From: Proteobacteria bacterium UBA2383
GTDB taxonomy: Bacteria > Pseudomonadota > Gammaproteobacteria > Competibacterales > Competibacteraceae
DNA length: 64,000 nt
NCBI GenBank assembly: GCA_002343485.1
Contig: DDST01000138.1
Span: 53,082-117,081 of the forward strand
Direction of reading: 5' to 3'
The notes under the pieces were generated by a model, which was not told where the DNA came from, did not search any database, and saw nothing but the letters and a program-made list of their open reading frames with translations. Positions 58,805-64,000 of this stretch are shown here, one piece after another (positions within the stretch are counted from its first letter, which is position 1; each line of letters opens with the position of its first letter). The translations under genes were made by a program, and so were the position numbers.

Positions 58805-60262
58805 TTAGCCTAACAATGCCGCGACACTTTGAAACCAGGCCACCAGTGGCCCCGGTAACCAGAATCCGGCGGCCAGCACCAATATGAGATGCGTCATCAT
58901 AGGCAGTGCGGTGACGGGCGCAGGTCCCGGCATATTCGCGCCCTGCGATTCGCCAAATGCTATGCCATGTAATCGCCATAACAAGGTGCCGAACCCTAGC
59001 AGCAACCCGATGACCAGCGGCAGTGCCAGCCACGGTTCGCGAGCAAACGTAGAACTGACCACCAGAAACTCACTCATGAACACGCCGAATGGCGGCATGC
59101 CGGCAATGGCCATCACCCCGGCCACGAATCCCCAGCCCAGCAGCGGATGGGTCGCGGTCAGTCCGTGAATCGTGGAAATCCGCTGCGTACCCTTGACCTG
59201 CGAGATATAACCGACAGCAAAGAAAATCGCTGACTTGGTGAGACTGTGCATCGTCATATGCAGCAGACCGGCAAAATTGGCCAAGGGCCCGCCCATGCCG
59301 AAGGCAAAGGTCATGATGCCCATGTGTTCAATCGACGAGTAGGCGAACAGCCGTTTGATGTCGCCGCGCCGGTAGAACATGAACCCAGCGAACAGCAATG
59401 ATAACAGCCCTAATCCGGCCATCAACGGCCCTGGTGCCAAAGCGGATGGGTTCGCGTTCATCAGTATCTTGAAGCGCAGCACCGCATACAGCGCCACATT
59501 CAGCAGCAGGCCCGACAGCACCGCCGAGATCGGCGTCGGGCCTTCGGCATGGGCATCCGGCAGCCAGGCATGCAACGGAACCAGACCGGCCTTGGTGCCG
59601 TAACCGAGCAGCAGGAAGATGAACGCCAGATTCAGCAACGCTGGATCAAAGGCGTGCGCGTGCGTCAATAACTGATCCCAGGCCATCGCGGGCAAGCCTT
59701 GGCCCATGACCGGTTGCGCCGCTAGATACACCAGGATGGTGCCAAACAATGCTAAAGCAATGCCGAGACTGCCGAGGATGAAATACTTCCAGGCGGCTTC
59801 CAGCGCTTCACGGGTCCGGTAAATACCAACCATCAGCACCGTCACCAGCGTCGCCAGTTCGATCGCTACCCACAGCAGGCCAATGTTGTTGGCCAGCAGT
59901 GCCAAGTTCATGGCAAACACCAGCGCCTGATACATCGCGTGATAAAAGCGCAAATGCTTCGGTGTAAGCCGCCCGGTCTCCAGTTCATGGGTAATGTAGC
60001 TGGCGCTGAATGCACTGGTGGTGAAACTGACCAGATTGTTGAGTATGATCAGATAGGTGTTGAAATCATCCACCCGCAGGTAGACATTAGCGCCGGGCCG
60101 CACCCCAAACAGGATCATTGACGCCAACAGGCTGATCAGCGCCGCACCGGCATTCAGCCCGGCACCCAGCCGGTAACTAGGCAATCCCGCCAGCAGCAGT
60201 GCAGCGCCGGCGGGAATCGCCAGCAGCGCGGTCATCGCCATCCAGCCTAAATCGCCATTCAT
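58805..60262 (-). CDS. NuoN/M-HyfF-like antiporter-type membrane subunit
   Basis: 485 aa, about 14 TM, Mrp/NuoN-type pattern (..GYGTKAGLVPLHAWLPDAHAEGP..). Confidence 0.9.
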   Translation of the reverse strand: MNGDLGWMAMTALLAIPAGAALLLAGLPSYRLGAGLNAGAALISLLASMILFGVRPGANVYLRVDDFNTYLIILNNLVSFTTSAFSASYITHELETGRLTPKHLRFYHAMYQALVFAMNLALLANNIGLLWVAIELATLVTVLMVGIYRTREALEAAWKYFILGSLGIALALFGTILVYLAAQPVMGQGLPAMAWDQLLTHAHAFDPALLNLAFIFLLLGYGTKAGLVPLHAWLPDAHAEGPTPISAVLSGLLLNVALYAVLRFKILMNANPSALAPGPLMAGLGLLSLLFAGFMFYRRGDIKRLFAYSSIEHMGIMTFAFGMGGPLANFAGLLHMTMHSLTKSAIFFAVGYISQVKGTQRISTIHGLTATHPLLGWGFVAGVMAIAGMPPFGVFMSEFLVVSSTFAREPWLALPLVIGLLLGFGTLLWRLHGIAFGESQGANMPGPAPVTALPMMTHLILVLAAGFWLPGPLVAWFQSVAALLG

Positions 60263-60927
60263 CGCCGCCGCTCTCCACGAAATGCATCCATTGCCTGCAT
60301 ATCGACGCTATCGAAGCGCTCACGAATGCGAAACAGGAAAATACCGATCACGATCAAAGCGATCAGTACCGAGAATGCGACGCTGATCTCCACGGCCAGC
60401 GGCATTCCCCGCGCCCCGGCGGCGGCCAGCACCAGCCCGTTTTCCAATGACATAAAACCGATGACCAGGCTGACCGCATTGTGGCGGTTGACCATCAACA
60501 ACAGCCCCAGCAGCACCACTGCCAGGGCGAACGCCAAGTCCTCCCGCGCCACCGCATCGGTTCCTGCCGTTACCGGCAGCATCACCAGGATCGCAAGAGC
60601 CACCAGGGCTGCACCGGCTAGCATATCGCGGCCCACGCCTCCTACCACATCCAAAGTGCGATGGATGCCCAATCGCCGGACAATCCGATACAGTGCGGCC
60701 GGAATGACGATCGCTTTGAATATCAATGCGATCCCGGCAGTGACATATAAATGATGGGCTTCCTGGATGTATGCTTGCCAGCCGACCGCCAGCGCCAGGG
60801 TCAGCGAGTGCAAAGCGAAGACCTTGAGCAGCGCATATAGGCGATGCTGATACAGCAACAGCAGGCTGATGACCACCATGCCGCCTGCTAGAAAATGGGC
60901 GATATCGAACTCAAGACTGTGCATCAC
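60259..60927 (-). CDS. HyfE-like membrane subunit
   Basis: 222 aa, multi-TM. 4-nt overlaps with both neighbours. Confidence 0.8.
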   Translation of the reverse strand: MMHSLEFDIAHFLAGGMVVISLLLLYQHRLYALLKVFALHSLTLALAVGWQAYIQEAHHLYVTAGIALIFKAIVIPAALYRIVRRLGIHRTLDVVGGVGRDMLAGAALVALAILVMLPVTAGTDAVAREDLAFALAVVLLGLLLMVNRHNAVSLVIGFMSLENGLVLAAAGARGMPLAVEISVAFSVLIALIVIGIFLFRIRERFDSVDMQAMDAFRGERRR

Positions 60928-61880
60928 AGGCTCCGTGACACGAACAGCAGCAGCGCGCCGAGCAAACCGAGCATCAGCGCCATGCCCAAAAATTGATCGA
61001 CGCGGAACACGCGCATTTTGGCAATGCGGGTCTCAAACAGCGCCAGCAGAAACCCGCCTAGCCCCAATTTGGCCAGATAGGCTGCCACGCCAGTTAGGTA
61101 GGCGGTTAAATCTTCGCCTGCGGTGGTCATACCCCAGGGGGCAAAGATGCAGCCGAGCAGCGAAAGATACAATAACAGCTTGAGCGAGGCAGCCAGTTCG
61201 ATTAGCGCCAGATGGCGGCCGGAGTATTCCAGCACCATGGCTTCATGCACCATGGTCAGCTCCAGATGGGTAGCTGGATTGTCCACCGGAACGCGGGCGT
61301 TTTCGGCGATCGCCACCATGACCAGCGCTAACAGCGCTAGCGCCAGCGATACCCGCAAACCGACATCGGCATTCAGCATGAATCGGGCGACCGCCGACAG
61401 CTCAGTGGTGCCGGCCAGTAACGATAAAGTGAACACTATCATCAGCATGGCCGGTTCTGCCAAGGACGCGATCATCATTTCGCGGCTGGCGCCGATGCCG
61501 CCAAAGCTGGTGCCAGTGTCGAGACCCGCCAACGCCAGGAAAAAACGGGCTGTCCCCAGCAAGGCGACGATGGCGATCAGATCGGCGGCCCAATTGAACG
61601 GCAAGCCGCTGGCAAAGGTCGGCACCAGCGCCGCCGCCACCCAGATGGCGGCAAAGATCAGGTAGGGCGCTACCCGAAACAGCCAGGATGCCGAGTCGGC
61701 CAGCACCACGTCCTTACGCAGCAGCTTGAGCAGATCGCGGTAGGGTTGTAGCGGCGATGGACCGCGCCGGCGCAGCAATTGGGCCTTGAGGGTGCGGATC
61801 CAGCCGGTGAGCAGCGGCGCCAGCAGCAAGATCAGCAGCATTTGCCCGCCCTGGACCAGATAATCCGTGATTAGCGCCAT
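60924..61880 (-). CDS. NuoH/HyfC-like membrane subunit
   Basis: Start taken at MALITDYLV (ATG 61880). The listed 608-aa ORF is an upstream extension running through the preceding gene. 318 aa, NuoH-like TM pattern. Confidence 0.9.
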   Translation of the reverse strand: MALITDYLVQGGQMLLILLLAPLLTGWIRTLKAQLLRRRGPSPLQPYRDLLKLLRKDVVLADSASWLFRVAPYLIFAAIWVAAALVPTFASGLPFNWAADLIAIVALLGTARFFLALAGLDTGTSFGGIGASREMMIASLAEPAMLMIVFTLSLLAGTTELSAVARFMLNADVGLRVSLALALLALVMVAIAENARVPVDNPATHLELTMVHEAMVLEYSGRHLALIELAASLKLLLYLSLLGCIFAPWGMTTAGEDLTAYLTGVAAYLAKLGLGGFLLALFETRIAKMRVFRVDQFLGMALMLGLLGALLLFVSRSL

Positions 61881-63901
61881 AGCACTATCCCGAGCAGCAG
61901 CAATACCAGCGCGCCGAACACCAGACTTAAATAACGGCGAATCGTTAGGTATTGCAAGTTGTTGAAACGCTTTGAAAGAGCGATAACTGCCTGGGTAATC
62001 GGCGCATAGCCGTAGTCCCAGACCGGGTCGCGCATTTTGACTTCGAAGCGTGCTGCTCGCCCATCGCCGGGCGGCGGCATGGTGACTTGTTCGCGGGCCT
62101 GGAATACTACGCTGCCGAAGACGCGGCGGATGGGTTGGGCGAAACTGCCAGCGGTGTACTGGGCGGCGGGGCTGGCATCGGGGAAACCGCAGTCCCAGGC
62201 TGGGCTGCGCCGGACCCGATTGGAGGCGAACCCGTGAATCAGCACGGCGGCGAGTATCCCGGATAACGCCATGAACAACAGCACCAGCAGACCGTTGTAA
62301 GTGCTTTTCATATCGGCCACCGGTACCAAGGTCAACCACGGCTGATGCTGTTGCGCTGGCAACTGGGCGCCGCCGTTGAGCAGACCCACTGCTGGCGACA
62401 ATCCATCTATCACCAGCCCTGGTAAAGTTCCAGCCAGCAGGCACAATGCCGCCAGAGTGAACAGCGCGGCCAATGAGTAGCGATCGGTCTCTTGCGCTTT
62501 TGCAGCCGCCGGCGAACGGGGGCGGCCGAGGAAGGTAATGCCAAAGGCTTTGACGAAACAGGCGGCAGCTAAGGCAGCAGACAACGCCAACAGCGCCCCG
62601 GCTGCCGGGGCCAGGAATTTGAGCAGCCATTGCGGTAATTCCGGCGTCAGCAAAATCGCCTGGAAGGTCAGCCATTCGGAGACAAAACCGTTCAATGGCG
62701 GTAGCGCCGAAATCGCCGCCGCGCCGGTCAGGAAGGCCAGCGCGGTCCACGGCATCGGGTGAATCAATCCGCCCAGCCGCTCCATATCGCGTTCGCCGGT
62801 TGCGGTCAAGACCGCGCCAGTCCCCATAAATAACAGGCTTTTGAACAGCGAATGATTCAGCACATGAAATAGCGCCGCGGTCAGCGCCAGCGCCGCGCTG
62901 GCGTACATTTGATTGCTCTGGAAGGCCAGTGCTAGACCCAAGCCGATGAAAATAATGCCGATATTCTCCACAGTGTGATAGGCCAGCAACCGTTTCAGAT
63001 CATGCTGCATCAGCGCATACAGCACCCCGAGCACCGCCGTGATTCCACCCAGCGCCAGCACGAGCCCGCCCCACCACCATGCGACCGGTTCCCCCAATAG
63101 ATCGAAGACAATGCGGATGAAGCCGTACACGGCGACCTTGGTCATGACGCCGCTCATCAGCGCCGATACGTGGCTGGGCGCGGCGGGGTGCGCCAGCGGC
63201 AACCAGACATGCAAGGGGACCAGCCCGGCTTTGGAACCGGTCCCCATCAACACCAGAATGAGCGCCAGCGCCGCCAGTCCTGGCGTCATTTCCACGGTTC
63301 GGATTGTGGCGAAGTCATAACCACCATTGGCACCAGCCAGCAGGCCGAAGGCCAATAACAGCGCCAGCGTGCCAAGGCAGGCCATGACCAGATACAGATA
63401 ACCGGCGCGGGCATTGGCTGGTTCCCGGTGATGGGCCATGACCAGCGCCCAGGAACTCAGCGACATGAATTCCCAGGCGAACAGGAAAGTGAAGGCATCG
63501 TCAGCCAGCAGCACCAGGTTCATGCCCGCTAGAAACGCGGGGTAGAACGGCAACACCCGCCCCGGCGCTGGTTCATGCTGGCCATAACCCAGCGCAAATA
63601 GGCTGGCGACCGCGCCGCCCAAATTAACCACAATCAGGAAGAAAGCGGATAGTGCGTCCAGGCGGAAATGCGCGCCCAGCCAGGGCAGGCCCAAAGGTAA
63701 GGTGAGCGTGACTGGTGCGGCGGCGTTCAGCAGATGCGTCAGCGCCATCCCCAGCAGGATGACGCAAATCACTAAGCTGACCCCGTAGACCTGAAGACTG
63801 CAACTCGCTCGGCGTGAAGCGAGGATGGCATAGAGGCCAATAGCAAGCAGGATCATGGACAAACTTAACAGCAGCGGCAGTGGCATGGTGGTGAAATTCA
63901 C
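61871..63901 (-). CDS. NuoL-HyfB-like antiporter-type membrane subunit
   Basis: 676 aa. ..GTGSKAGLVPLHVWLPLAHPAAPSHVSALMSG.., typical of the NuoL/HyfB family. Confidence 0.9.
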   Translation of the reverse strand: MNFTTMPLPLLLSLSMILLAIGLYAILASRRASCSLQVYGVSLVICVILLGMALTHLLNAAAPVTLTLPLGLPWLGAHFRLDALSAFFLIVVNLGGAVASLFALGYGQHEPAPGRVLPFYPAFLAGMNLVLLADDAFTFLFAWEFMSLSSWALVMAHHREPANARAGYLYLVMACLGTLALLLAFGLLAGANGGYDFATIRTVEMTPGLAALALILVLMGTGSKAGLVPLHVWLPLAHPAAPSHVSALMSGVMTKVAVYGFIRIVFDLLGEPVAWWWGGLVLALGGITAVLGVLYALMQHDLKRLLAYHTVENIGIIFIGLGLALAFQSNQMYASAALALTAALFHVLNHSLFKSLLFMGTGAVLTATGERDMERLGGLIHPMPWTALAFLTGAAAISALPPLNGFVSEWLTFQAILLTPELPQWLLKFLAPAAGALLALSAALAAACFVKAFGITFLGRPRSPAAAKAQETDRYSLAALFTLAALCLLAGTLPGLVIDGLSPAVGLLNGGAQLPAQQHQPWLTLVPVADMKSTYNGLLVLLFMALSGILAAVLIHGFASNRVRRSPAWDCGFPDASPAAQYTAGSFAQPIRRVFGSVVFQAREQVTMPPPGDGRAARFEVKMRDPVWDYGYAPITQAVIALSKRFNNLQYLTIRRYLSLVFGALVLLLLGIVLWR

Positions 63902-63930
63902 TCGTTAAGCGCCTTGAATATTAAGAAGTT

Positions 63931-63956
63931 GCTGATCTTGCTGATCTTGCTGATCC
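63931..63956. repeat. short tandem repeat GCTGATCTT x2.9
   Basis: GCTGATCTT GCTGATCTT GCTGATCC read directly, just upstream of the complex's first gene. Confidence 0.6.
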
Positions 63957-64000
63957 GGCGTGAGCATCATCCAGCAGTTCTCTTTTCAAGTGATGACATC

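Noticed and set aside
58794-59033. N-terminal 80-aa extension of the listed 586-aa large-subunit ORF
   Set aside because: It overlaps the end of the upstream antiporter-like gene. The ATG at 58793 gives an 11-nt gap and a NuoC-like N-terminus.
61881-62750. N-terminal 290-aa extension of the listed 608-aa ORF (60924..62750)
   Set aside because: The extension runs antisense-frame through the NuoL-like gene and is Arg/Pro/Gly-rich nonsense. The NuoH-like sequence begins at MALITDYLV (61880).
63921-64000. Partial minus-strand frame entering from the window edge (..ELLDDAHAGSARSARSATS*)
   Set aside because: Only about 26 codons are visible, and they are low-complexity because of the 9-nt tandem repeat. 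That is not enough to call a gene.
1-64000. CRISPR arrays, rRNA genes, intact IS elements, prophage or integrase genes, toxin-antitoxin pairs
   Set aside because: I scanned by eye and via the ORF track. I found no spaced direct-repeat arrays, no rRNA-like sequence, no integrase or recombinase frames and no small paired ORFs of TA type.

Overview
Chromosomal window from a moderate-GC proteobacterium. Gene content looks beta/gamma-proteobacterial, but the taxon cannot be fixed from this sequence. I support about 55 protein genes, one tRNA-Arg(CCG), two gene relics and a few terminators or operators. There is no rRNA, CRISPR array or intact mobile element. Housekeeping genes: dnaE (3' part), thyA, mnmG, cysH, dgkA, gcvPB, pbpC, prc, nudC, catalase, SCO1/PCuAC, and an NfeD-stomatin pair. 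These alternate with dense signalling content: three GGDEF/EAL proteins, a 1200-aa hybrid kinase and a class III cyclase-FHA protein. Items most worth follow-up: (1) A tight five-gene operon at 51.7-56.7 kb (kinase, receiver, REC + KaiA-like C-terminal domain, KaiB, KaiC), i.e. a possible complete KaiA(3)BC-type module outside cyanobacteria. (2) A five-gene operon at 8.8-14.7 kb whose only enzymatic output domain is a DEDDh exonuclease fused to a degenerate histidine kinase. It sits with an SLC5-STAC sensor kinase and a stand-alone receiver, and no DNA-binding regulator is encoded. (3) A six-gene group-4-hydrogenase-like membrane complex at 56.7-63.9 kb. Its large subunit has Ser at the N-terminal NiFe cysteine positions, as in Ehr-type complexes. 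(4) A 41-codon relic of a paralogous large subunit at 49.2 kb. (5) An orphan 1163-aa membrane protein with no motif I recognise, divergent from catalase. (6) An unlisted 31-codon ORF coupled to the catalase start, with an OxyR-consensus half-site upstream. All family assignments come from motif recognition by eye. No searches or computations were run.
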